A stretch of DNA of 64,000 bases, from positions 1 through 64,000 of IMG/VR virus record IMGVR_UViG_3300044946_000220, one strand, 5' to 3'. Below, one piece after another: positions 39,153 to 50,402 of the stretch; the stretch's first letter is position 1, and each line of letters starts with the position of its first letter. The position numbers and the translations under genes are program-made. Below the pieces are notes generated by a model that was given only the letters and a program-made list of their open reading frames with translations, did no database searches and was not told the origin of the DNA. Source of the DNA: a virus.

Positions 39153-42106
39153 TCAGGGCACGTTTGACGCCTCACAAGCGATGCAAAGCGGCGAGTCAGT
39201 CCAAACCCGAGTACTGCAACGTATGCAGCGGTCGATGGCGCACACCTCCGCCCTGACCGCCAGCTCGTCTTGCGGAAGCGCATAGCCCATGTCTTGGGCG
39301 TTCTGGAGTCGTCCCGTGCCGCGCCCCTGCTCCCATCCCTCGCGGTGTATGCGGTCAAAGGCCCTTGCGAGGGCAGCCAAGGCGTGCGGCCTATCCTCGG
39401 CCACCATGTACACGTACCGATGCAGAAACGCCTTAGCGCGCCGTGTAGCGCCGGGAGAGGGTTGCTTGGCCATACCCGCCCGTTCGATTGAGGCGGGGCG
39501 ATCGAAGGCTGGGGCAGGATGCTAGTTGACGTTCTCTTCGACGGTCCGCCCAGCGCCGAGGGCCCGCGGTTCGTCGAGGTCGAGTCGCCGCCAGGCCGCT
39601 CCATCCGAGCTGGCCAATGGGTCGACAGGGGCGGAGGGTACTGGGCGCTACGGCGGACGTGGCAGACTGTAAGCACGCCGCGTACAACGTAGCGGACCTT
39701 CCGCCCACGTGCGCGCAATGTGGTGCGACATTGTACGCGACGGTAGTCAAAACCTAGGCAGGCAAGGCGCGAGCCGACAACCGCGGGCGAGACTCAGGGA
39801 CGGGAATGCCGATTCCGGCGCCGTGGCGGGGTCGCCAGGCGACTTTCGAGCTCCGGACGTACTCGCGGTCGTTTTCGGAAAACGGACGCGTCCTAGGGCC
39901 TACTGGTACGGCAGAGCTTGTCCAGCCCTCAAAGTAGCACCATGTAAACGGGTGTGCGTTCTCGTAGGCTGCCTTCCAAACGGCGGTCAACGTACTGTAG
40001 TCGGCCGTCCCTGTAGCTCGCCGAAACTGCACCTCGCCTTCCGCTAGGTCAAGCCGTGCGCACGCGTCTAGCCCATCGTCTATGGCTTCGGCTAGACACT
40101 CGTCGCACGTGCCATCCGCTACGATAGCCTCGCTACACCGGTCGCAACGGTGCGCGCGCGCTACCATGCCGCACCGTCAAGATACCGCCGCCATCGTGCA
40201 CAATCGCCCTGCAATGCATCCGCCGACGGACAGCTACACTTGGCCAGGTGAGGCAACACGCTATCCGCACGGGACGGCAGAGGCCTGCCATTGGCCAACC
40301 TAAACGCATCGGCGCCGTGACGAACGATTCGCACGACGCTTACCGCCCGACCGTGTCCCACACCGCCGCGCCGCATGGCCGTAGCCTCGTCATCGGCAAG
40401 TGTGTTGCAGATAAAGCCGCCAGACTCCACGTCAAACACGGCGTAAGCGCCTACCATGACGGGCCCGAGTAGTGGCGCGTCCCGACCGGAAACCCGCCAG
40501 GGTACGTGCTGCTGAAGTGGCACATGTTCGCGCTCAGCATTGGGTGCAGATCGTTGTCCAGCAACCGCATCGCATACTCCCGCGAGAGAACACCAGCGCT
40601 TACCAGCTGGCCTAGCTGCTCTAGCTTATGCGTCGGTTCGGGCGCATGTTCCGTCCCGCAGTAGCTGCACCGTTCCAGGCTGGCCACCGTCCCACTAGGC
40701 GCATGGCCACGGGGAGCGCCGCACCATCGGCAGGTGACGCGATCGTGCTGCCTCACCAGCAGGGCCCCGGCCGATGCTCACGACGGCAATACTCGCAAAA
40801 ACGCTCCGGCTTCTCTAGGGCCCACATTATCAGCGGGATGGACCACCATAGCGGCCAAGTCACCAAAAACCCTAGTACGGCTAGTTGCACGTACCACGGT
40901 CCAGCAGTCAGCGGTTTGCTCATTCCGGTTCGCCTCCCCTGGCATTGTCTAGGGCCGACATGACGGCGCCCCAATCGTACAGGCCGCCATACTGAAGGCA
41001 GCGCCTTAGCGCCCTGTACAGCTCGGGCGCCGCTGCAGCCAGCGTGATTGCCGCAGGCGCGCCGCACAGGTCGTGATTGCCTTCCGACGTCGGCTCGCCA
41101 TACAGCACCAGTTGGCCGGCCTCGTTCTCTACACGCACCGAGCCGTAGTCGTCCCGCGCGATCCACGTCTCCTCCCACGGCCTGCGCCCGCTCACGACCT
41201 ACCCCGACACACCGCCACGTCATGGCACGACCCATTAGGCAGGCCTGGCCAGCCGGTGCCAGACTGCGGCATGCGGACAGAAAGGTCCCCATTCCCGAGC
41301 CAGAGCGTCAACCCGCAGGCCTCTAGCTCTGCTTCCAGCGCATCGTAGCGCGGCCGACACATGGTAACCTCATGAATCGTAAGCCCTTCGTCACGAAGCC
41401 TGCACACGGTTGACGCCAGCCGTTCGCGCTCGCTCACCATCGCATCACCGGCCCGCTAAGGTGGCTTCCGTGTCCTCCAAACGTCACCTGAACCGGCGAG
41501 GTATTGGCCGACGGATCGTGTGCCGCGTCAAGCTTGGCCTGCTCTGACTTCCCGCCCATGCTGGGATCAATCTCGTGCAGGAACACCATGGCCAGGTGGC
41601 GCTGCAGGCACTCCACCTGCTCGCGCGTCATGCCCTTGGCATTGCCCTCGTTACCGGCCTGAAACAGCTCTAGGTAGCCCTGTAGCCACCAGCAAAAGCC
41701 TTGGGAGGTCACCGCCCCCACCGCGGCTTGCTGTCCGTCATGGCCGCAAGCAGCGCCACGCCGATGAGCAGACCGACGATGCCCAGTCCAATCCAGGCAG
41801 GCGCTAGGACCCAAACCCAAGACCAATCAATGACATGGCCAAGCTTTAGGCCGACGAATAGGAGCAGCAGACCGCTGCTCAGGCCGATACCGCCAGAGCC
41901 GGACGACGAGCTAGAGTCGCTCATGGCCGCTCCATGCGCGCTCGACAGTATGCGTAGATGTCCTCTTCCGCCTCAACAGACCGCATAAGCTTGTCGCCAA
42001 GTGCGCTATCATGCTTGCCAATGTCGGCCGCCCATTCGGCCCGCTCTTTCGGGCAGTAGCCCAGCCCCATGCTTTTCACGAACCCTCGAAACTCTTCTTT
42101 CGTCAT
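39153..42106 (-). other. Second leftward cluster of small hypothetical ORFs, including membrane protein 41709-41924
   Basis: Coupled short ORFs; 41709-41924 has LKLGHVIDWSWVWVLAPAWI. Confidence 0.55.
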
Positions 42107-42140
42107 ACCCTGCCCTTCGATTGGCCCACCTTGCGCGGGA

Positions 42141-42169
42141 ACCTTGGCATGCTAGCGCTGTCCTGTCAA
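42141..42169 (-). promoter_or_regulatory. sigma70-type promoter at the second divergence point
   Basis: cggTTGACA-17 nt-CAAGGT (weak -10). Confidence 0.45.
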
Positions 42170-42359
42170 CCGATGGAGGTAGGACGATGAAGCGAGAGCA
42201 GGCGGCAAAGGCAGCGTGGGACAAGGCGGCGATAACCGTGGCGCAAGACAAGGAATATGAACGGCTTACGCGGCCGTCCATGGTGCACCCTCGGCCCGCG
42301 TGGATGGACGACAGGAGCGCGCTACCGAAGCGACCGCCGAGCCGGCCGAGGGCAGACGG

Positions 42360-42860
42360 GTGACCGCCAGCAACGTTGTGCCGATCCAGCAACCCACATG
42401 GGTTCGCATCGCTCTGCCTCGCTACGTCCGTCCGCACCGCATGATAGGTTGGCTGGGCAAGGCCGGCCTGCGGCTTCTGGCCCTTGTTATCACGCGTGAA
42501 AGCGGCGCGTGGACGTACGCCGTGTGCGCTGAGGGAGTGGACGCCTTGACCCCGCTTGTATCCGAGTGGATCGGGCTTCCGGTTTCGCCAGACGGTTTCG
42601 TCCGCCACTCCCATTGGCTCACGCATCGAACCGTCGCCGCACGTAACGACGACAGGTCGCAGCCTAAGGTATTCACGCGGTGCACACTCGCGTGCGGCTC
42701 AACCGACATAGACACACACATGCCGAACGTTGGCGTGCTGGTCATAGAGCAGGCGACGCGCACGTATAAGCCGTTGACATCTCTAGACGAAGTGGTCAAA
42801 CAGAGCCCCAACGCAAGGCGGGAGCTTTGCAAGGCGTGCTTTATCGGCGGCGCGCCGTGA
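42360..42860 (+). CDS. Hypothetical protein
   Basis: GTG start overlapping the upstream stop; terminal CKAC. Confidence 0.55.
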   Translation: MTASNVVPIQQPTWVRIALPRYVRPHRMIGWLGKAGLRLLALVITRESGAWTYAVCAEGVDALTPLVSEWIGLPVSPDGFVRHSHWLTHRTVAARNDDRSQPKVFTRCTLACGSTDIDTHMPNVGVLVIEQATRTYKPLTSLDEVVKQSPNARRELCKACFIGGAP

Positions 42861-43852
42861 CCTCCGCCCTCGCCCGCCTTCCGCCGAATCAACCGCTTGC
42901 AATCGTTGACCTCATCCCACGCGCCGAGGCCTACGCGCTGGACAGCAAAGCGTCCAACACGAGGCGAGCCTACCGCGCGGCGTGGCTGCGCTTCTCAGCC
43001 TGGTGCGCCTCGGCTGGACTGGACGCCCTGCCTGCGAATCCAGCCACATTGGCGGTATATTTGGCGGGACTGGCCGAATCCGGCCTGAAGGTAGCGACCA
43101 TCGAGCTAGCCGTGGCTGCTATCGCACATGCGCATCACCGCGCCGACGTCCCTTCGCCCCACAGGTGAGCCCGTGTAACCGAGACCATGGCTGGCATACG
43201 CCGGGCCCTCGGGTGCGCGCCAACCGTCAAGGCGCCGCTCATGGCCAGCTCGTTACGGCTCATGTGCGCTACGCAATCCGGCGCAAAGACTCATGGATCG
43301 CACGAATGTAAAAACCTACTGTATGTTCGTGACAGGGCGCTGCTTTTGCTCGGCTGGGCTGGAGCCTTCCGTCGCAGCGAGCTTGTAGCGCTAGACGTGC
43401 GTGACCTGGCGTTCACAGACGAAGGCCTCGAAGTGACCATACGTAAGAGCAAGACGGACCAGCAGCGCGTTGGGCGGAAGATAGGCATCCCGCTCAGCGC
43501 CTCTCCCAGCGTCTGCCCCGTCCAGGCTGTACGCGCATGGCTTGACCTCGCTGGAATCGCGTCAGGGCCCGTCCTACGCGCAGTAAACAGGCACGGCCAG
43601 GTGTCCTCCACGCGCCTGACGGGTCACTCGGTGGCCCTGATAGTGAAGGCTCACGCCAAACGACTCGGCTTGGACCCTACACTGTATGCCGGGCACTCCC
43701 TTCGGGCAGGCTTTGCCACCAGCGCCGCCAAGGCTGGCAAGAGCGAGGCGTCAATCGCCCTCCAAACGGGACACAAGTCCATGACAATGCTTCGCAAGTA
43801 CGTTCGCAATGCCAGCCTGTTTGAGAACAATGCCGGGCGCGGCCTGTTGTGA
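42857..43852 (+). pseudogene. Cre-like tyrosine recombinase interrupted by in-frame TGA (43166-43168)
   Basis: SAM-like N-domain NTRRAYRAAW..F..WC; same frame continues RDRALLLLG..FRRSEL, KSKTDQ, GHSLRAG, TGHKS, RKY. Confidence 0.9.
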
Positions 43853-44190
43853 CGCAATCCAGCCTCACCGCCGCCCTCATCCGCGAGTGCTCCGCCTGCC
43901 CACACGTCGCCGTGGCCTGGGTTTCGCCCTTGTCTACCGCCTGCACCATCGAAGCTGCCCGCACCCAGCGCTGGCGCACGCACAAGATGTGGCGGACCTT
44001 GGAGGTAATCTACGCAGATTCCATGCAATGGCGCGACTGCTCGGCCGTAGCGGCCAGCATTCGCAAGGCGTTTCCGGCGGTTGACGTAAGCGTGGTGTCC
44101 TACTCGTTTCACCCTGGCGGCGGGTGGAAAGACGTCTACCGCAAAGACGCGGTCAAGGCGCCGGTTGACACCAAGCGGTCGAGGCGCTAG
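43849..44190 (+). CDS. Hypothetical protein
   Basis: 113-aa ORF coupled to the recombinase. Confidence 0.45.
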   Translation: MTQSSLTAALIRECSACPHVAVAWVSPLSTACTIEAARTQRWRTHKMWRTLEVIYADSMQWRDCSAVAASIRKAFPAVDVSVVSYSFHPGGGWKDVYRKDAVKAPVDTKRSRR

Positions 44191-44193
44191 GCT
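44165..44193 (+). promoter_or_regulatory. sigma70-type promoter
   Basis: ccggTTGACA-17 nt-TAGGCT. Confidence 0.65.
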
Positions 44194-44196
44194 CAT

Positions 44197-44475
44197 GTGG
44201 TGGTACTTGACAAGACAGGGCGTAAGCGCGGGACGGCGGCGTGGATGGGTTATACGCCATACGGGTACAAGGTGGGGCTAGTGCCGGATCACGTAGAGAT
44301 GGAAACCATGGCGCGCGCGCACGAACTGAAAGAACAAGGCCTTTCATTGCGAGACATTGCCTCTCAGCTCGCCGTTGAGGGGCGGCTCTCGCGCAAGGGC
44401 AAGCCGTTTCTGCCACAGCAGGTGAAGGTCATCCTTGGCGAAGGCACGCTCATTTCGATAAGGACGAAGAAATGA
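44197..44475 (+). CDS. Isolated serine-recombinase-type DNA-binding domain
   Basis: GYTPYGY..LVPDHVE..GLSLRDIASQLAVEG..SRKGKPF..QQVKVIL; no catalytic domain. Confidence 0.75.
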   Translation: MVVLDKTGRKRGTAAWMGYTPYGYKVGLVPDHVEMETMARAHELKEQGLSLRDIASQLAVEGRLSRKGKPFLPQQVKVILGEGTLISIRTKK

Positions 44476-44914
44476 ACAACATCATGCGGTTCCCAAACAG
44501 CGGCCTAGCCGTTGACCTCGACGACACGTTGGCGGACCCGCCGCGCCTGACGGAGGCCCAGCTGCGCACGCTGACGGTTTACCTGAAGCGGAGGTACGGC
44601 TTTCCGCTGACGCGGTGGGAGCTTGTAACCGAGGCGTGGGGGCGGTTTGCGGCGCGAGTAAGGCTGGCGTTTCGGAAGGCGTTTACTCGTGGATGGTGAG
44701 GATTTCGCGACGCATTGGGTGTGGGTTACGCCTGTCGGCTCGTTCGGCGACGCCTTGCTGTGTGAGCCCAGCAGTGGGCGTCTGAACCTTGTCGTCTTCA
44801 AAGAGGCTTCTGGCCAGTGGGCTCTATGGGATAACGCGAGCCAAAGAACCGTTGCAAGCGGCCCGTTACGGAGCGCAGTCGAGGCGGCCTATAGGCTCCT
44901 CAGTGGAGGGTGCA

Positions 44915-45445
44915 ATGTCCAGTGAAGACATAGACTTCGCCGCGTACAACGGATTCCGCAGGCCCGGCGGTCGCGAGGTCGTGCCAACGCGGGACGTGTT
45001 TGGGTACAGGCAGGACCAGCCGGCGTTGGCGCACCACCGGCCTGGGCGCAGCTACCTAGAGTACAGGCGAGCGCTTGAGGACGCTCAAGAACTTGAGGAC
45101 GCTCAAGAAAAGGTGATGCGTCGGGCGGCGGAAGTCATCAGGGCTGCTGGGCATGAGCACAAGTGGCGTGGTGCCTATGTCTTCAATGGGGATGAAACGT
45201 CGTTTTGCGAGTGCGGAGACGTGCGTACACAGCCGGCTGCTCCCACACCTGTGACGGAAGATTCGATAGGCGATACGTGTGAAATCAATGGGCGATTGTG
45301 GGGATGGAGTCCAGGTCATGTATGCGACTGGGTGCCGCTAGCTGGTTCCGATGGCGTGGATGAGTGCAGAGGGTGCGAGTGCACTAGATTCAAGGCCGAA
45401 CTTGTGTGCACGGCGCCGAGCTATGTGGGCAAGATTACGTGGTAG
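44915..45445 (+). CDS. Cys-rich hypothetical protein
   Basis: GGAGG RBS; HEHKW..CECG, CRGCEC. Confidence 0.55.
   Translation: MSSEDIDFAAYNGFRRPGGREVVPTRDVFGYRQDQPALAHHRPGRSYLEYRRALEDAQELEDAQEKVMRRAAEVIRAAGHEHKWRGAYVFNGDETSFCECGDVRTQPAAPTPVTEDSIGDTCEINGRLWGWSPGHVCDWVPLAGSDGVDECRGCECTRFKAELVCTAPSYVGKITW
45074..45109. repeat. 18-bp tandem duplication of a palindromic unit
   Basis: cttgag-gacg-ctcaag-aa, two copies. Confidence 0.9.
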
Positions 45446-45532
45446 TGTCAAAAATCGCGGGACAGCGCTGCAATGCAGCGCTTCGTTTCCTTGGTGAAGC
45501 TGCTGGGTTGAGTCAATCGAACGCCATGATGA

Positions 45533-46252
45533 ATGGCGAAAAAGAAGGATGACGGCAGCATTGTCGGCGGGTTTATCCGCGAAGGACACGGGAGCGATCG
45601 CGGGAAGCCGCACATCGAGGTGGTGGCGGACGAGCTTCCATGGCCTGTACCGGCCCAGGTGGCGGCTCCAGCCCGTCCGATCGAGCGGCTGCCAGATGGC
45701 AAGCTAGCCAGTAGCGAGGCCGCCAAGGAACTCGGTAGGCTGGGCGGCGAGGCCAAGGCCCGCAGGGTGCGCATGGTGGACGCCCTTGGGCTGTCTAAGC
45801 TCGCCGAGAGCGCCGCATTCCTACCTTATCGCACAGCGGCCGAGGAGTTCTCAAGGCACCATCTGGAAGAGTTGGCCGAGATGTCCGGTGGTGTGGTTGG
45901 GGCTGGGCCAAGCTCCATGGTTGCCAGCGCGGCGATCCAATTGGGAGCCTCGCGCTTCCTCTTCGACAAGGGCAGCGAGGACGGCGACCCAGACCTGTTC
46001 GCTAGTGCCTCGCGCCTGGCCGACTCGTCTAGGCAGAATCTGCTGGCCGCGTATGCCCTCGCCGTACGTGCCGCCGAGTTGCGAAACAAGAGCAAGTCGA
46101 AGACGGTTGACTTCGACGCCCTCACCCGTCAAGCGGTGGCTGAAACTGAGGCTCGCCGGGAGTCTGAAAAGAAGGCGCGCCAGAAGGCGATAGACGCTGC
46201 CGATTCGGAAGACGAGTCTACGCGCCTTCGCGTAAGCGCAGGTGCGACATGA
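45533..46252 (+). CDS. Probable terminase small subunit
   Basis: Coupled upstream of TerL; RLPDGKL..AKELGRLGG, helical. Confidence 0.55.
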   Translation: MAKKKDDGSIVGGFIREGHGSDRGKPHIEVVADELPWPVPAQVAAPARPIERLPDGKLASSEAAKELGRLGGEAKARRVRMVDALGLSKLAESAAFLPYRTAAEEFSRHHLEELAEMSGGVVGAGPSSMVASAAIQLGASRFLFDKGSEDGDPDLFASASRLADSSRQNLLAAYALAVRAAELRNKSKSKTVDFDALTRQAVAETEARRESEKKARQKAIDAADSEDESTRLRVSAGAT

Positions 46253-47805
46253 CCGCACTGTCGTTCCGTTCGTTTCTGGAATCCAAGCACTACTGCAACC
46301 TTGAGTTGTCTCCGCTCATCGGGGCCATTGCGGACGCAGCCGACTCGATAACGCCGACAAGCATCGATGACCTCACCTGCCAGAGGCACTTTGGGTGTCC
46401 ACTTTCCGGCCTGCCCGTCACGCGTAAGCGCACAATCGCAGTGCGGGCCGGCGGTCGCGGCGGAAAGACATCACGACTCCTGGCTCCGAAGGCCATTCAC
46501 TCTGCATGGACGGTTCCTCTGCCTACCCTCAATAAGGGTGAGGTGGCCTCCTCTATTCTAGTGGCTCCAGATCTCAAGCTGGCCAAGCAGACGCTGTCGT
46601 TCGTCATCGGGTACATAGAAGACTCTCCGATCCTTCGGCCGGCGCTGGTCAAAGACCCGACTCAGGACGCCTGCACGCTCCGGCGCCCAGACGGAAAGCT
46701 GGTTCGCATAGAGATTCTGGCTGCGTCTAAGGGCGGAAAGGCCTTGCGCGCCCGCACGCTTGTATTCGCTGGGATGGACGAGGCATGCTTCTTTTTTGAC
46801 GAGCACTCCGGCGCGATAAATGACGCGGACATTTTCCGAGCCGTGGCCATGCGCGTCGTGCCAGGCGGACAGGTGTGGGTTGTAAGCACTCCGTGGCTTG
46901 CGAACACTGGAATCCTAGAGACATTCGTAGACAAGGATCTTGGCATCCACAAGCACGCGCTTGTATGTACTGCCGGGACTCGTGCGCTGAATCCTACTTG
47001 GGATCCTACTGGCGAGATCGAGTCCGTCATGCGCGAGCAGGATCCGGACGCCGCGCGAAGGGAGATAGACGGAGAACCGCTCGCTGGCGCTCTAACTACG
47101 TTTTTCGATTGGAAGAGCGTTGACGACGCCGTAGATCGGACTATGTCTTTGCCTCGCACCGCGTTGCCTGGGGAAGAGATTACGGCGGGCGGTGACTTCG
47201 CTTTCACGTCTGACTCCTCGGCCATGGTGGTGGTGCATCGCGACCATGAGAAGTACCGTGTGGCGGACATACTGGAGCTTCGGCCTCAGTCCGACAAGCC
47301 GCTGAAGCCGTCGGAAGTTGTGAGTACGTACGCCGAGCGAATGATGCGTCACGGCGGGTTGACGCGCATCACGGCCGACGGCCATTACAAGGAGACGATT
47401 CAGGAGCACCTGAACAACGCGGACATGTCGTTGAAGCTTGCTCCGCCGGGTAGCGAGGGTGTGGCCGAAACGTATCAAAAGGCCAGATCACTTTTCAGGG
47501 AGGGCAAGGTTGTATTGCCAGACAATGCTAGGCTGATAGCCCAGATCAAGTCCATCAACTGGAAGGCTAATCCAGGCGGTAGCATTTCAATAAAGAAGCC
47601 GCACGACAGGAATGGAGGCCACTGTGACATCTGCGACGCTATGGTACTAGCGTTGTGGGAGGCATGCGGGCTTGCCGTGCCGTTGCCCAGGCCAAAGGTA
47701 GGCACAGCGGAATACTTCAAGCTGGAGGAGGAGCGGATGATTGAGTCGCTCGAAGCCAAGCTTAGCGCCAGCAAGGGCGGCGAGTGGTGGGAGCAGTACA
47801 AGTGA
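46249..47805 (+). CDS. terL: Terminase large subunit
   Basis: Walker A VRAGGRGGKT, Walker B FAGMDEA, VSTP, nuclease GGDFAFTSD, HCDICDA. Confidence 0.9.
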   Translation: MTALSFRSFLESKHYCNLELSPLIGAIADAADSITPTSIDDLTCQRHFGCPLSGLPVTRKRTIAVRAGGRGGKTSRLLAPKAIHSAWTVPLPTLNKGEVASSILVAPDLKLAKQTLSFVIGYIEDSPILRPALVKDPTQDACTLRRPDGKLVRIEILAASKGGKALRARTLVFAGMDEACFFFDEHSGAINDADIFRAVAMRVVPGGQVWVVSTPWLANTGILETFVDKDLGIHKHALVCTAGTRALNPTWDPTGEIESVMREQDPDAARREIDGEPLAGALTTFFDWKSVDDAVDRTMSLPRTALPGEEITAGGDFAFTSDSSAMVVVHRDHEKYRVADILELRPQSDKPLKPSEVVSTYAERMMRHGGLTRITADGHYKETIQEHLNNADMSLKLAPPGSEGVAETYQKARSLFREGKVVLPDNARLIAQIKSINWKANPGGSISIKKPHDRNGGHCDICDAMVLALWEACGLAVPLPRPKVGTAEYFKLEEERMIESLEAKLSASKGGEWWEQYK

Positions 47806-48449
47806 AACTCGTCCTTATATCCGACACCCACGAGCAGCACCGCAAGCTCAAGACCCTTCCGTCCGCAGACGTCATCATCCACGCCGGAGACTTCACGTAC
47901 CGTGGCGAACTGAAAAAGGTAGCCGACTTCGCCGACTGGCTCTCGCACCAACCGGCCGCCGTGAAGATCGTCATCGCTGGCAACCATGACCTGAGCTTCG
48001 AGGACGTGCGCTACGAAGCCGCCCGTCACGAACTGCAGTCCCGCGGCATCGACTACCTCGAAGGCGGCTCACTCGAAACGGGTGGCCTCAAGTTTTACGG
48101 AGCGCCTTGGCAGCCTGAGTTCTGCCAGTGGGCGTTCAACGTTCCGCGCGACTCCGAAGCCATCGCAGCGAAGTGGGCCGCCATTCCAGACGACGTTGAC
48201 GTGTTGATCACTCACGGGCCGCCCAGCGGCATCCTCGACTTGTGCAGCAACGGACATGTCGGGTGCTTGCGACTCCGCGAGCGCGTTGGCGAGTTGAAAC
48301 AGCTGAAGCTTCACGTGTTCGGACACGTGCATGAGGGGGCTGGAATACGCATGCCAGCCAACGGACGCAGGTTTCCAATGTTCGTAAACGCTTCCCAGTT
48401 GGACGGACAGTACCGGCACGTCCATGAACCAATCGAAGTAGATCTGTAG
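47802..48449 (+). CDS. Calcineurin-like metallophosphoesterase
   Basis: SDTH, HAGD, AGNHD, THGPP, FGHVHE. Confidence 0.95.
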   Translation: MKLVLISDTHEQHRKLKTLPSADVIIHAGDFTYRGELKKVADFADWLSHQPAAVKIVIAGNHDLSFEDVRYEAARHELQSRGIDYLEGGSLETGGLKFYGAPWQPEFCQWAFNVPRDSEAIAAKWAAIPDDVDVLITHGPPSGILDLCSNGHVGCLRLRERVGELKQLKLHVFGHVHEGAGIRMPANGRRFPMFVNASQLDGQYRHVHEPIEVDL

Positions 48450-48453
48450 GACC

Positions 48454-49296
48454 ATGAGCGGATCAGACAAGACAGCGTTAGGCGACCGCATGAAGGCATA
48501 CGAAGACGCCTACCGCGTCTACCTGCCGAGGCGTGTGCCCATCCTTCTGCGCGTAGACGGCAAGGCTTTCCACACCCTCACGAAACATTGCGAGCGCCCG
48601 TGGTACGATCGCCTGTGTGCAGCCATGGACGCGGTGGCCCTTGCGTTGTGCGAAGAGATCCAAGGCGCACAGCTTGCCTACGTTCAGAGTGACGAGGTTT
48701 CCGTACTCATCCACGGCTACAGAACAATCACAAGCGAGCCTTGGCTGAACAATGGCCTTCAGAAGATTGTCAGCGTGTCGGCCAGCGTGGCTACGGCGGC
48801 GTTCAACGATGCGTACAGGTCGTCCGCCGTCAGGTGGCTTGTCCCTGCCGGCACAGATCTGGATGTGATGGACGGCAACATTGGTATCATTCGGTACGTG
48901 GGGCCGAACTGCGTGCCAGAGTTGGCGCCAACGAAGTCCGCACACTTCGACTCGCGCGCATTCATGATGCCGGAAGACGAGGTTGCCAACTACTTCCTAT
49001 GGCGCCAGCGCGACGCTGAGCGCAACTCGATACAGATGCTGGCGCGGGCGCACTTTAGCCACACCGAATGCCACAAGAAGTCGTGCGTCGATCTGCAAGA
49101 TATGCTGCACACGAAGGGTGTCAACTGGAACGACTGTCCCACTGTGCACAAGCGCGGCAGGTGCGCCGTGCGCGCCGATTTTGAACGAGACGGCACCGTG
49201 CGCAGCGGATGGGTGATAGACAAGGAGATCCCGATGTTCGGGCAGGATCGCGCGTACGTCGAACGCCACGTGAACGTTCACAAGGAGGCTGCGTGA
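48454..49296 (+). CDS. tRNA(His) guanylyltransferase Thg1-like protein
   Basis: GDRMKAYE, RVDGKAFH, YVQSDE, FDSR, YFLWRQRDAERNS. Confidence 0.95.
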   Translation: MSGSDKTALGDRMKAYEDAYRVYLPRRVPILLRVDGKAFHTLTKHCERPWYDRLCAAMDAVALALCEEIQGAQLAYVQSDEVSVLIHGYRTITSEPWLNNGLQKIVSVSASVATAAFNDAYRSSAVRWLVPAGTDLDVMDGNIGIIRYVGPNCVPELAPTKSAHFDSRAFMMPEDEVANYFLWRQRDAERNSIQMLARAHFSHTECHKKSCVDLQDMLHTKGVNWNDCPTVHKRGRCAVRADFERDGTVRSGWVIDKEIPMFGQDRAYVERHVNVHKEAA

Positions 49297-49542
49297 GCCT
49301 CGACATTGAGCCCGGCACACTTTCCGAGGACGAGTTCCAGACGCTCATCCGGCACCTAGACGCCTTCCCTGCCGCAGAAACGTGCCCCGTATGCTCTTTC
49401 ACCGAATGGGACGTCCCCGCGATGAAGGAGCACCCCGTGTACGTGGAGGCTCGCGAAAAGCGTATGACTGGTACGCTGCTCGTGTCGCTAGTGTGCTCCA
49501 CGTGTGCGTACGTTAGGCAGTTTGCGTGGAGGGGGGTTTGCC

Positions 49543-49914
49543 GTGAGTGACGTCGTCTTTGTGTCCGTACCAATTCGCACGGTGTCCGAGGCCAACATTC
49601 GCGTTCACTGGGCTGTGCGGGCCAAACGCGTCAAGGCGCAGCGGCAGGCCGTAGCCATGACGCTGAGTGCGCGCCGCAAACATGTCCGCCAGCCTCCGTA
49701 TACCGTGACGCTGTGCCGTGTTGCCCCCAGCAAGGGGCTTGACGGGGACAACCTATGCAGCTCACTCAAGGCGTCCAGGGATGCGGTAGCCGAAGTGCTG
49801 GGCATCGACGACGGGGACTCGCGCATCACATGGCGGTACCTGCAACGCCGAGGCAAACCGAAAGAGTACGCCGTGGAGATAACCGTCGAGAGCCAATCGA
49901 ACCCTAGTACATGA
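49543..49914 (+). CDS. RusA-like endonuclease/resolvase
   Basis: SEAN..HWA.R, LDGDNL..SLK..RDAVA..LGIDD. Confidence 0.7.
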   Translation: MSDVVFVSVPIRTVSEANIRVHWAVRAKRVKAQRQAVAMTLSARRKHVRQPPYTVTLCRVAPSKGLDGDNLCSSLKASRDAVAEVLGIDDGDSRITWRYLQRRGKPKEYAVEITVESQSNPST

Positions 49915-50402
49915 GCCTTGACCAACTCATTCCGTGGCGAGTCAGTCCGCAGGTGCTTGCCGACTGGTGCGCCTACCAGATTCAGCACAACGGCAAGGCG
50001 GCGTCCTACTGCTCGGCGATACTCCGCATGATCGCGCACAAGAAGTGGCCGGTCGCCACGAAGGACGCGTACGGAACGGCGTGCGACTTGGGCAGCGAGT
50101 TGGGCGAAACGCTTGGGGAGACGGTGGGTGTTCCGATCGTATGGGACGAGAACTGATCGATGCGCTGGACAAGCTTCTCAAGCTGTACGACGACGCTTAC
50201 GCGCGAGGTATCGACATTGCCATTGCAGAGGCGTGCGACGACGCAACGGGCTGGAAGATCCGGCAACTGTTTCGCGAGGAAGACGCGCGCTACGGCAAGT
50301 GCTGGCCGGAGATGCTTGGTAGTCCGGCGTGGCAGGTGGAGCTTTCGGCCGGACGGCTTGCGGTAATTCTACGACTGCGGAGACTGAAGAAGCGACTATC
50401 CA

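Noticed and set aside
28148-43168. Genome-wide stop-codon reassignment
   Set aside because: TAG, TGA and TAA all terminate many well-defined genes; only isolated in-frame stops of different types occur.
44197-44475. Functional serine integrase
   Set aside because: Only the DNA-binding portion is present; no catalytic domain.
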